Below are positions 9,527-18,740 of a stretch of 58,388 nt of DNA, piece by piece. The position numbers and the translations under genes were made by a program. The notes beneath the pieces are model-generated. The model did not search any database, was not told the origin of the DNA, and saw only the letters and a program-made list of their open reading frames with translations. Origin of the DNA: Candidatus Omnitrophota bacterium (GTDB taxonomy: Bacteria; Ratteibacteria; UBA8468; MWAK01); contig JAZDPL010000027.1 of NCBI GenBank assembly GCA_043797665.1, positions 1 to 58,388 on the forward strand, given 5' to 3'. Position 1 is the stretch's first letter; each line of letters begins with the position of its first letter.

Positions 9527-10180
9527 ATGGCACGGATAAAGAAAGCGGTACGGAAAGCCTTCACTCTGATTGAACTGCTGGTGGTCATCGCCATCATCGC
9601 GCTTTTAGCCTCAATGTTGCTGCCGGCACTCAGCCAGGCACGGGAGAAAGCCCGGCAGACAGTTTGTCTAAACAACCTGAAACAAATAGGGCTGGCTTTC
9701 GCGATGTACCTTCAGGATTACGACGATTGGATTTTCCCCATGGCCGACAATACATTTTGGTTCCAAAAGTTATGTCCGGCCTATGCGTCAAATGTAAAGA
9801 CGTTTGAATGTCCCTCTTCTTTTAGCGAGCGCCCTGACAGAAAACAGACGCCCCCCAACCTTAATACTTCAATAGGTTACGGATATGACGGCAATAACAT
9901 GGCATATGGGGGCGCTTGGGGATGGATGAAGATGGGACAGATTAACAGACCATCTAATACCGGGGTTATCATGGATTCCTTTGGTAATAGCGTAGATGTG
10001 ATCGGTGGATATACAGGGGCAAATTCTTATACCGTTTCCCCTGATGGTATGGTGTACCAACTTCCTTCCAGCCGGCATAATAACGGAGCCAACGTGCTCT
10101 TCTTTGACTGGCACGTGGCGTGGTACTTGACAAGTTACATTGAGTCTCAATGTCATGTCGGAGAAATGTGGGATAGATAG
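9527..10180 (+). CDS. Prepilin-type N-terminal cleavage/methylation protein, DUF1559-like, copy 1
   Basis: [48 protein letters not shown]-terminal H-X9-D motif [14 protein letters not shown]. Confidence 0.9.
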   Translation: MARIKKAVRKAFTLIELLVVIAIIALLASMLLPALSQAREKARQTVCLNNLKQIGLAFAMYLQDYDDWIFPMADNTFWFQKLCPAYASNVKTFECPSSFSERPDRKQTPPNLNTSIGYGYDGNNMAYGGAWGWMKMGQINRPSNTGVIMDSFGNSVDVIGGYTGANSYTVSPDGMVYQLPSSRHNNGANVLFFDWHVAWYLTSYIESQCHVGEMWDR

Positions 10181-10239
10181 ATTGTAATAAATAACCGGCA
10201 GAAAAGATTGATGCTCCGGTTTTAAATAAAAGGAGGGAA

Positions 10240-13200
10240 ATGTTTATACGGAAGATTTTGCGGCCTATTTTCGTCTTACCGATTATTCCTTTTTCATTAA
10301 TTCTGGTTTCTTATCTTGTCACAAACATCACGGCGGCTTTTTGTGATGAATCCCCCTGGCATAATAAGGTTGTGTTTTACGACGCCACCTATGACACCTC
10401 CTGGGCTTTTCACCCGGAGATTCTCGCTGATTACCTGAAAAAAAACGGATTCCAAGTTCTTAACGGAGCAGAGGTCGGCCAATGGATGAGAGAAAAAATA
10501 GAAAAAGGCGCCGAGAATACCGTTGCCGTTTTTACCATGGGCATAACACCGGAAAGCGTGCTGGAAAATGAACCGCCGGAGCAGGGTAAGCGGACAATCC
10601 AGCGTTACCTGGATAACGGCGGAAGAGTATTGTGGCTGGGTGAATGGCCTTTTATGTACGCCCAAAACGACATTAAGCCGCAGCTTTTTACCCGGGGGGA
10701 AAAACCCGGCGGAATATCCTGGATTGATACCAGCAGATTAAAATACGGAGAGGAAGAAATAACGCCTGACGGCACGGCCTGGGGATTTGTTCGTAAGGAT
10801 AATAACAAGAATCCGTCCCTCCCGGTGGAAAATGTGACCACACCGCTAAACCGATTCTGGTGCGAAGAGTTAGGAAAATATCTAACTTCCGTATGGTTTA
10901 AGAATTACTGTCCCCAATATCCCTGGAGCGGACTTATATATGCTTTCAGAGCCGACGATCTGTCGGAACCTGAAATACAGAAACAGGTGTATCGTTTGGC
11001 GCTCTATGCCGGGACTCCCGTAGAAGCCCCGTCACCGCTCCCCAAATGGGTTGCCGTACCGGAATCGCCGTTGAAAGTCACCCTGGACGAACCCCGAAAT
11101 AGGCGCGCCTTTGTCCGTGGAGAGACAATCCCGGTCTTGATACAGGAGGAGAAGAAAAACGCCCCCGGGATTGATAAGGTAAGCCTTATTCTCAAACAGG
11201 GTGAAACAGTTTTACGAACGGAAGAACATCCCTGGCCGGCAGATAATGTCCTGAAGACCGCAATTCCAAGCGCTGATTTGGCTTGCGGCGACTACGCTCT
11301 TTCCGTAAAAATGCTGTCCGGCAACGAAGTAAAATCAATAAGAGAAATCAATATTTACCTATGCCCCAAACCGGAACCTCTGTCTTTTTTCTATGGTATC
11401 TGGTCCCCGGTCAAAGGGAACCCTGCCAGGATTGAAAAAATGCTGCAGATGTTTTCGGAGTCACATATTAATCCCGGCAGTTGTAACGAAGAGGATACCG
11501 CTTCGGAATTTTTTGATAATTGTTTGCGTTACGGATTGCGGCCGGCATTAAGGCTCCATGGCCGGGCAGCGTTTTCCGTGGAAAATCAACCGGAAGTATT
11601 CAGAAAAGGCCCGAACGGAAACTTTATCACTTGCCCGCTTGATGTGGGGAAACCTTCCGTAGGGCTGATCCATCCTGAGGTAAGAGAAAAGAGGTCCGCG
11701 GAACTTGAGAAAAAGATGTTATATTTTTCGGGATACCCTGCTGTTCTGCCCTACATTTTCACCAACGACGATTTCCAGGCCTATTACGGATTTGACTATT
11801 CGGATATAGCCAGGCAGGAGTTTAAGAAGGAGACAGGTTTGGAGGCGCCGGTCCCGCCTGAAATAGCAAAAGCAGACACATCCAGCGGTACTTTTAACGC
11901 CGGGGTTATCAAAGGACCGCAGGGGGTTATTCCCGATAACGACCCGTGGCTTTTATGGTGCCGGTTTACAACCGATAAGGTTTGCGGCGGTTATAATCAG
12001 GCTTTGATGGAAGCCAAAACCAGGGTGTTTCCCGATGGCCGCATGGGACCGCTGGTTGGCCAATGGCCGTGGAGTTACGAAGGACAATACCCGCCACACA
12101 TGTACGGCCATGGAAAGTTTGACCTTCTTTCCTATTACTGCTACTTTCAATACTGGCAGCCATCCATAGCCCGACTCTATTTTGATAATATTGTCAGGAT
12201 GAACAACCGGGACCTCCCGCTTTGCCCGACGCCTGACTGCGCCTGGTTGAACGTTGATGAGCCCAGCTATTACCGCAACAACTTCTACCTTGATTTAGCC
12301 GGCGGTGCCACCGGTATGGACTTCTATGCTTATTCGGAAGTCAGCGAAACTTCGTGGGCTGAATGTTCCAGGATGGGAAGGGAAATAGTTGGTCCGTTCG
12401 GTCCTGTGATTGGAAGACTGCGACCGGTTTCTGCCGAAATAAGCTGGCTCATTCCTTTCGCCCAGTATGCCCATTTTACCCTTTATCCGCTTTCGCAGAC
12501 TTATACCTTTGCCAACCTTCTGGGAGCCCATATAGATGCTGAGCCCATTTGCGATGAAGAGGTCCTCTCGGGTTACATCAAAGACAAAAGAGCCGTTCTT
12601 CTCGGAAATATACAGTGGATAAGCCAGAGTGTGGCGGACGCGCTTGAAAAATACGTGCAGAATGGTGGCATGGTTCTTCTGGACGACAGCACAACGCTCC
12701 CGATCAAAGGAGCAAAAAAGATTGGGGTGGATCTGGGGATGGGCGACACCCCAAGCTCGCCGGACCCCAAAGACCCGCGCTTTGGCTCGCCGGGGGTATA
12801 CGACTATTTGATACCAAAAACGGTAATGTTGATAAAAGAAAATTTGGGTTCCCTCGGAATAACCCCCTGGGCAGACTCTCCCGACCAGAATCTGGTTATC
12901 AGGCGGTTTGAAGGCAACGGGGTGACCTATCTCTGGCTGGTCAATATCCACACCAATGAGGAGTTCCGGTTCCTGAGGCCCCGCTCTAACAACCCACCCA
13001 TGCCCGGGGATGAAAAACTTGACCTGAAAGAAGCGCATAGACAGGCAAAGGAATATCTAACCAAAAAAGGCGCGTACGGCGGTAGATTTAGGACGACGGT
13101 GAGCATTCCGGATGGCAAATATCATCCATACGATGTTCTGGCCGGGAAAAAGCTTGATTTTTCAAGGGCAGACGGCCAAATCCAGTTCCAGGTGGATATG

Positions 13201-13542
13201 GAAAGATTTGGAGGCACGCTGATAGCCCTTTATCCGGAAGAAGTGGGACTCGTAAAAGTTCTTTTACCCAGAGAGGTAAATAGGGGGGGTGGAGGTGCTG
13301 AAGTTGTTGTGACTGTATATGGTAAAAGCGGTCGGAAACTGGCCGGTATCCAACCTTTGTCGGTTACCGTAACGACACCAAAGGGACCCTGGCCGGAAAT
13401 AAATGGTAGTTATGCAGCCGAAGGCGGCGTATGGAGGAAGCGGGTTTCACCGGCAGTGAATGACCCAATCGGAAAATGGCATGTTTCGGTTGAAGAGCTT
13501 TCCTCCGGTCAAAAAATCGAAACGTCCTTTGAAGTGAAATAA
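10240..13542 (+). CDS. Large exported hypothetical protein, probable glycoside-hydrolase-like barrel plus beta-galactosidase trimerisation-like domain
   Basis: 1100-aa ORF with hydrophobic N-terminus and RBS AGGAGG. ALEKYVQNGGMVLLD resembles the GATase-like trimerisation module. Function not assignable. Confidence 0.55.
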   Translation: MFIRKILRPIFVLPIIPFSLILVSYLVTNITAAFCDESPWHNKVVFYDATYDTSWAFHPEILADYLKKNGFQVLNGAEVGQWMREKIEKGAENTVAVFTMGITPESVLENEPPEQGKRTIQRYLDNGGRVLWLGEWPFMYAQNDIKPQLFTRGEKPGGISWIDTSRLKYGEEEITPDGTAWGFVRKDNNKNPSLPVENVTTPLNRFWCEELGKYLTSVWFKNYCPQYPWSGLIYAFRADDLSEPEIQKQVYRLALYAGTPVEAPSPLPKWVAVPESPLKVTLDEPRNRRAFVRGETIPVLIQEEKKNAPGIDKVSLILKQGETVLRTEEHPWPADNVLKTAIPSADLACGDYALSVKMLSGNEVKSIREINIYLCPKPEPLSFFYGIWSPVKGNPARIEKMLQMFSESHINPGSCNEEDTASEFFDNCLRYGLRPALRLHGRAAFSVENQPEVFRKGPNGNFITCPLDVGKPSVGLIHPEVREKRSAELEKKMLYFSGYPAVLPYIFTNDDFQAYYGFDYSDIARQEFKKETGLEAPVPPEIAKADTSSGTFNAGVIKGPQGVIPDNDPWLLWCRFTTDKVCGGYNQALMEAKTRVFPDGRMGPLVGQWPWSYEGQYPPHMYGHGKFDLLSYYCYFQYWQPSIARLYFDNIVRMNNRDLPLCPTPDCAWLNVDEPSYYRNNFYLDLAGGATGMDFYAYSEVSETSWAECSRMGREIVGPFGPVIGRLRPVSAEISWLIPFAQYAHFTLYPLSQTYTFANLLGAHIDAEPICDEEVLSGYIKDKRAVLLGNIQWISQSVADALEKYVQNGGMVLLDDSTTLPIKGAKKIGVDLGMGDTPSSPDPKDPRFGSPGVYDYLIPKTVMLIKENLGSLGITPWADSPDQNLVIRRFEGNGVTYLWLVNIHTNEEFRFLRPRSNNPPMPGDEKLDLKEAHRQAKEYLTKKGAYGGRFRTTVSIPDGKYHPYDVLAGKKLDFSRADGQIQFQVDMERFGGTLIALYPEEVGLVKVLLPREVNRGGGGAEVVVTVYGKSGRKLAGIQPLSVTVTTPKGPWPEINGSYAAEGGVWRKRVSPAVNDPIGKWHVSVEELSSGQKIETSFEVK

Positions 13543-13547
13543 TAGAT

Positions 13548-16500
13548 ATGAAGCCCCCGGTTGAATTCAAAGATAAATCGCTGTGGATAAAGGGCGAGCG
13601 GACTTTTCTCTGGAGCGGCGAGATGCATTATTTCCGCATCCCGGAGGATACCTGGCAGGACCGCCTGCAAAAGGCAAGGGCGGCGTTCATTAATTGTACG
13701 GCGACCTATTTTCCCTGGAACTGGCATGAACCCGAAAAGGGAAAATACGATTTCCACTCTTTTCAACATAACGCCGGCAAGTATTTGGATATGGCTGCAA
13801 AAGCCGGTTTATGGATTGTCGCCAGGCCAGGACCGTATATCTGTGCGGAGTGGGACCTGGGCGGACACCCGGGTTGGCTTCTGAAAAGACCGGGAGATTG
13901 GCGCACCGGCGACCCCGAATACATTAAAGAATGCCGCAAGTGGTACAAACGCATCAATCAGGAAATTGTTTCCAGGCAGACAGGAAGCGCCGGGAATGTG
14001 ATTCTCTATCAACTGGAAAATGAGCAGTGGGGGGGGGAACCGGAACTGCTCAAAACCCTCCAGAGCATCGCCTTAAAAGATGGAGTCAGGGTTCCTACAT
14101 TTACCAATTCCGGAGGGAACGTTCGAAAGAGCGGTTCCAAAGTAATCGATTTGCCGGATGTTTATACCAATCCCTGGGAGATAAAACGCTGGCAGCAGTG
14201 GTTTAATGATTTTTATCATGACCTCGGTCCGGAAGTACCGCTGCTTGTTCTGGAAACGCCAGGCGGTTGGTATGCCTCATGGGGCGAGCAGTTACCAGAC
14301 ATAGAACAGGGTGTCCCGGTTGACTGGACCGATATGCTGGTAAAGGCGGAGATCGCTTTTGGCGCCAATGGCGTAACCTTGTATAAATATTCCGGGTGCA
14401 TTATTCCGAACTGGTATGGCTGCGACCATTGCCCCACTACCTATTTTGACAATGCTTGTATTACACCCTGGGGCCAGCTTCATGAAAGATATTACCGGAT
14501 GAGGCTTCTGGGGGGTCTGTTGGATTCGCTTGGAAGCAGGCTGGCGGAAACAAAACCGGATAATCTGCGCATCGCCACCCGGGACGGTGAGGCAGAGGCA
14601 TTTGCTCGGAGGGGAAAAGGCGCTTCTTTTCTCTTCGTCTTTAATCATTCTTTGACCACAAAAAAAATTGAGGTAAACCTCTGGCCTGACAAACTCGAAA
14701 GAGAGCCGGAATTAGTCAAGGTTTCCATACCGGCCAGGCAGGCGTATATCCTTCCCTTTGACCTTGACCTGGAGCATGACATCCGTCTTCGCAAAACCAA
14801 CACTCAGATTTTCCGCATCCTTCATTATCCGGAGTTGATAAGAATTATTGTTTTTGGTCCCCAGGATGAAAAAGGCGAACTCGACTTTTCTTCGTTTAAA
14901 CCCTGGGAAGTCGTCAGAGAAAAGGCAGCGATAACTGCAGGCGATGGTTTAAGGCTAAAGGTACAGTTTGATTCAAAAGTGCAGGTTTCGATCGTAAAAA
15001 CCGGCGATATAACCCTGGAAATTTACGCTACAACACAGGATGTTGCCGGCCGCACGTGGTTTTTAAAACAGGATAAAAGGGAAATTCCTGTTTTTTCCAA
15101 CATCTATTTTATGAGGGATGGATTTATCCGTAAGAACAGCGCCAGTCTGAGTTTTGAGGCTGAACCGGATAAAAAAGCATGGTTTCTGATTCCCAAAGAA
15201 AAATTTGTGGGGACGATAGCGGCGAAAACGGGAGAGGGAAAAATAGAGCCCAGAAAGGACGGGTTGATGAAGGCCAGCATTAAATTTATCGCTCCCAAAC
15301 CAATCTCCTTTCCGCTTCGGGACTGGTTTTTTAAGACCGAACCCGATGCCAGTAGTGGAAAATTCGATGACGAAGACTGGGGTGAAATTCCGGGATGGGA
15401 AGCGCCGGAATTGCACGGTTTCCACCAGAACGGATATTTCTGGTACCGTAAAGAATTCGAAGCCTCCGGAAAAGAAAAGAATCTGTTTTTCAGCGGCTTT
15501 AACGGCGAAGCGGTATTTTACCTGAATGAAAAAGTTTTAGGTTGTTTACCGGAACAGAGGCTCTCCTCCTATCCGTTAGAGGGACAGCAGGCAGTTTTTG
15601 ATTTGACCGGTAAACTGCGTAGCGGCAGGAATATTTTGGCAGTCCGTTTAGAATTTATCGGCAGGCATAACCACGGCGTTAAACAGTTTAACGGAATTAC
15701 CGCGCCGGTGGCCATATCTTCGTTTCCCGAAGAGGAGGTTATCCTGGAAAAATGGAAGGTGAAACCAAGAGAAACGCATGTCTGGGCGGAAAAAGAACTG
15801 GACAAAGTTCCAAACGAAGCGCAATTAGAATATGATACAACATCGTGGATGGATGTTTCCATCTCGCCGAAACGGTTAAGCAACTGGGTGCCGGATATCA
15901 GGGAATCAAGGCATGTCCGTTGGTACCGAAGCGAGATTGAAATTCCTTATTCCTGGGAGGCGAAAGAAACGATTCTAACCCTTCCCCATGTTGACGAATC
16001 CTGGGTTTATATAGACGGAAAGTTGATCGGGAAAAGTCATTCGTGTAACGCCGCCTCCTTCTATCTCACGCCTCACTTGAAGAGAAAAAACCGGATAGGC
16101 ATGGCCATAGCCATTCGTTATCGATGGCACTGGCTTTGCGGATTGCAGAAACCGCCCAAGATTCATATTTTTGACAGGGCACTTGATGGCGCTTGGAAAG
16201 TACGACACGGGACTTTTGGGGAAGAAAAAAACTGGCATGGTATGGAAGTAAGCGAGCCGTCCTGGACACGTACCATACCGAAAAGAGCACATATCGTATG
16301 GTGTCGCGCAAAATTTCAACTTCCGGCCAAGAAAAAAAATGCCCCGGCGTTGGCTGTTAGAATAAAGATCTGCTCCAGCCGGGCAGTAATCTATGTCAAC
16401 GGCGAATCGATCGGGCGTTACTGTGAAATTGGTCCCCAGGAAGATTTTTTCATCCCTGGCCATCTTTTAAGGAGAGAAAACACCCTAACGCTAATGCTTG

Positions 16501-16586
16501 ATGGATACGGTAAAACTCCAAAACTCGGCAAAATTTCCATTGAAACGATATATCAGGTACATCCCCTTGAAATAAAACTATCCTAA
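13548..16586 (+). CDS. GH35 beta-galactosidase-family protein with C-terminal jelly-roll domains
   Basis: Motifs SGEMHYFR, TYFPWNWHEP, RPGPYICAEWDLGG, QLENE. WYR-type beta-sandwich repeats follow. Confidence 0.85.
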   Translation: MKPPVEFKDKSLWIKGERTFLWSGEMHYFRIPEDTWQDRLQKARAAFINCTATYFPWNWHEPEKGKYDFHSFQHNAGKYLDMAAKAGLWIVARPGPYICAEWDLGGHPGWLLKRPGDWRTGDPEYIKECRKWYKRINQEIVSRQTGSAGNVILYQLENEQWGGEPELLKTLQSIALKDGVRVPTFTNSGGNVRKSGSKVIDLPDVYTNPWEIKRWQQWFNDFYHDLGPEVPLLVLETPGGWYASWGEQLPDIEQGVPVDWTDMLVKAEIAFGANGVTLYKYSGCIIPNWYGCDHCPTTYFDNACITPWGQLHERYYRMRLLGGLLDSLGSRLAETKPDNLRIATRDGEAEAFARRGKGASFLFVFNHSLTTKKIEVNLWPDKLEREPELVKVSIPARQAYILPFDLDLEHDIRLRKTNTQIFRILHYPELIRIIVFGPQDEKGELDFSSFKPWEVVREKAAITAGDGLRLKVQFDSKVQVSIVKTGDITLEIYATTQDVAGRTWFLKQDKREIPVFSNIYFMRDGFIRKNSASLSFEAEPDKKAWFLIPKEKFVGTIAAKTGEGKIEPRKDGLMKASIKFIAPKPISFPLRDWFFKTEPDASSGKFDDEDWGEIPGWEAPELHGFHQNGYFWYRKEFEASGKEKNLFFSGFNGEAVFYLNEKVLGCLPEQRLSSYPLEGQQAVFDLTGKLRSGRNILAVRLEFIGRHNHGVKQFNGITAPVAISSFPEEEVILEKWKVKPRETHVWAEKELDKVPNEAQLEYDTTSWMDVSISPKRLSNWVPDIRESRHVRWYRSEIEIPYSWEAKETILTLPHVDESWVYIDGKLIGKSHSCNAASFYLTPHLKRKNRIGMAIAIRYRWHWLCGLQKPPKIHIFDRALDGAWKVRHGTFGEEKNWHGMEVSEPSWTRTIPKRAHIVWCRAKFQLPAKKKNAPALAVRIKICSSRAVIYVNGESIGRYCEIGPQEDFFIPGHLLRRENTLTLMLDGYGKTPKLGKISIETIYQVHPLEIKLS

Positions 16587-16622
16587 ATCAGAACTTAAAT
16601 AGAATGAACATGGGAGGTACAA

Positions 16623-18740
16623 ATGGCCGTTAAGAATCCTGTCATCGCAAAAAATCAAGACCGAATCAAGATAACCTGGTTGGGAAATGTGGAGGTTGAA
16701 TTTCTGCTTAACAAAGATTATATTTTGGGGATGGGTGCCGTGCGGGTAGCAGAAACGCCTCTCCGTTCGGAAAAATTTCCTATCCGCCCGGTAGTATCTA
16801 CGCCAAGCGGGGTGCGTTTCGGTAACTTCCGCCTGGCGAACATAAAAACGGAAAAAGATGAAGTCATCATTTCCGCCATCGTAGAAGGAGAGGACTCAGG
16901 CACGGACGGCCGGTTGGACCAATACGAACAGCCGGTTTTGGTATTTCACGACCAGCCGGTTGATGTCAAAGGGAATATTGAATGGCACTTAAGATACTGC
17001 GATGAGAAAATGGACGGAGAAAGTTTTCTCGGCTTCTCCTACGCCTACCAATTTGCTATTCCAAAAGAACATAAGTTCCATCATCTTCTGGAACTCGGTA
17101 CCTGGGAGTTAGGCGGTACTGCCGAAGGCAGCCTCATCATAAGCCGCGGTCAGTGTTGCCCACCCGAATTCCTTGGTGGCCAAAAGGACTTCTACTCAAC
17201 TGCCATTCTTCATTATCCCTCACGGAGACCTTCCATTCAAAGAGTATGCAGATATGCTGAGATGCAATGTTTTGATTTCCAGTACAGACCCTCAGGGATA
17301 TTCTGGGGTTATTTTGAAAAGCCCGAACATACCTTAAGCTTCATTCAGAAAAACGAAGGCGGAGACGTGTATCACCACTTCAATGATTTCTATTTCCCCT
17401 ACACAAATAAGATAGCGTTACCCCCCTATAAAGTGCTTTATAGTTCTGGCAGCCGCACGCTTACTCAGGCACGAAATGTGTGGACCAGGGCATTTGACAA
17501 GTGTGAAGATAAAGTCAGAAAGTTTTACGGAATTAAACGGGAACCTCCTATTCCCAGTTTCAACGCCACTCAGGATGGCCGCATTAAGGCGGGCAAGGAG
17601 GGTAATCACCAACGATTTTTCCAGGAATTGGCCGACCGCTATCTCCCGGAGTTGGCAAAAAATGGTTTTCGGAATTTCTTTATACCAACCTTCCATTCCG
17701 CAGATTATACAGAAACGCCTACCATCAGGCCGGGACAGGGTGATGTAATTCACGGAAACAACTGTTGCCCATGGGATTATGCCGTGTGCAATTGGTATGG
17801 AGGTAAGAAAGCATTCAGGTATTTCATGAAAAAAGCCAGAGATTATGGTTTAGAAATAATGATTTGGGTGGGAATGGATTTGGGAGCAAACGCACCCATA
17901 CTCAGGGAACATCCGGAATATAAAGTTTTTGGAATTAATTACTGGGATTCGCCGGTTTTTGCCTCGGGAATACGTCCACTGGCAGTATCCTGGGATTTAA
18001 ACAGCGACTGTTACGAATGGCTGTTGGCGCAATTGGGAAAAATCAGGAAAGATTACGGAGTAGATTCTGTTTTCATAGATTCCTTCGGTAATTTTGGAAT
18101 CCTGCCTTTAAACTACAAAGACCCATTATTAAAACCACAGCAGCACGCCGCGGGTAAATTTATCTCCGATTTGCAAAAACGCTGTGGTTATAAACGTATT
18201 GAGACCGAAGCGTGCGGTTCGTTGGGTACACCCCACTTTGGTGTTGGACCCATAAACCCTGTCGCATACCAGACTGCGTTAGAATGGTGGCTCGGAAACG
18301 GCCGGGAAAATTATCTGTATCGCACAGCCCCTACTGTTCGTATCTTGGAATTTGCCCAAATCATGAATGAAGAAGTATATTTCCGCCTGTTGTCAAATAT
18401 GTGCATTCCCGGGATATCCCAAGATGTCCCGGTCGGTAAGATACGCGCCCCAAAATTTCCAAAGTGGCTGAAGAAAAATAACGATTTGTATATGTCAGTG
18501 GTGAAAAATATGGGTAGACGCACCTTGCTTGAAGATGAACGGGGGGTAATCTGGAAAAGCCCCGGTTCTCAAAAACAGGTTTTGTTTTCTTACAAATCTT
18601 TCAAATGTGACCTGGAAAAATCTTGTCGTGTCATAGACATGAGAACCGCCCAAGAGGTTCCTTTGAATGGAAATAAGGCATTTTTTAGAACGAAACCGTT
18701 TGGCGTTTATGTGATTACGCCTGTCAATGCAAAAGACTAA
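16623..18740 (+). CDS. Hypothetical protein, possible glycoside-hydrolase-like TIM barrel
   Basis: 705-aa ORF with RBS GGAGG. GLEIMIW and YGVDSVFIDSFG resemble GH barrel strands. Confidence 0.45.
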   Translation: MAVKNPVIAKNQDRIKITWLGNVEVEFLLNKDYILGMGAVRVAETPLRSEKFPIRPVVSTPSGVRFGNFRLANIKTEKDEVIISAIVEGEDSGTDGRLDQYEQPVLVFHDQPVDVKGNIEWHLRYCDEKMDGESFLGFSYAYQFAIPKEHKFHHLLELGTWELGGTAEGSLIISRGQCCPPEFLGGQKDFYSTAILHYPSRRPSIQRVCRYAEMQCFDFQYRPSGIFWGYFEKPEHTLSFIQKNEGGDVYHHFNDFYFPYTNKIALPPYKVLYSSGSRTLTQARNVWTRAFDKCEDKVRKFYGIKREPPIPSFNATQDGRIKAGKEGNHQRFFQELADRYLPELAKNGFRNFFIPTFHSADYTETPTIRPGQGDVIHGNNCCPWDYAVCNWYGGKKAFRYFMKKARDYGLEIMIWVGMDLGANAPILREHPEYKVFGINYWDSPVFASGIRPLAVSWDLNSDCYEWLLAQLGKIRKDYGVDSVFIDSFGNFGILPLNYKDPLLKPQQHAAGKFISDLQKRCGYKRIETEACGSLGTPHFGVGPINPVAYQTALEWWLGNGRENYLYRTAPTVRILEFAQIMNEEVYFRLLSNMCIPGISQDVPVGKIRAPKFPKWLKKNNDLYMSVVKNMGRRTLLEDERGVIWKSPGSQKQVLFSYKSFKCDLEKSCRVIDMRTAQEVPLNGNKAFFRTKPFGVYVITPVNAKD

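Noticed and set aside
12295..13038. Long antisense ORFs from the track (e.g. 12295-13038, 1977-2585, 37746-38309, 21808-22341)
   Set aside because: They lie opposite well-supported genes, lack motifs and are best read as shadow ORFs.
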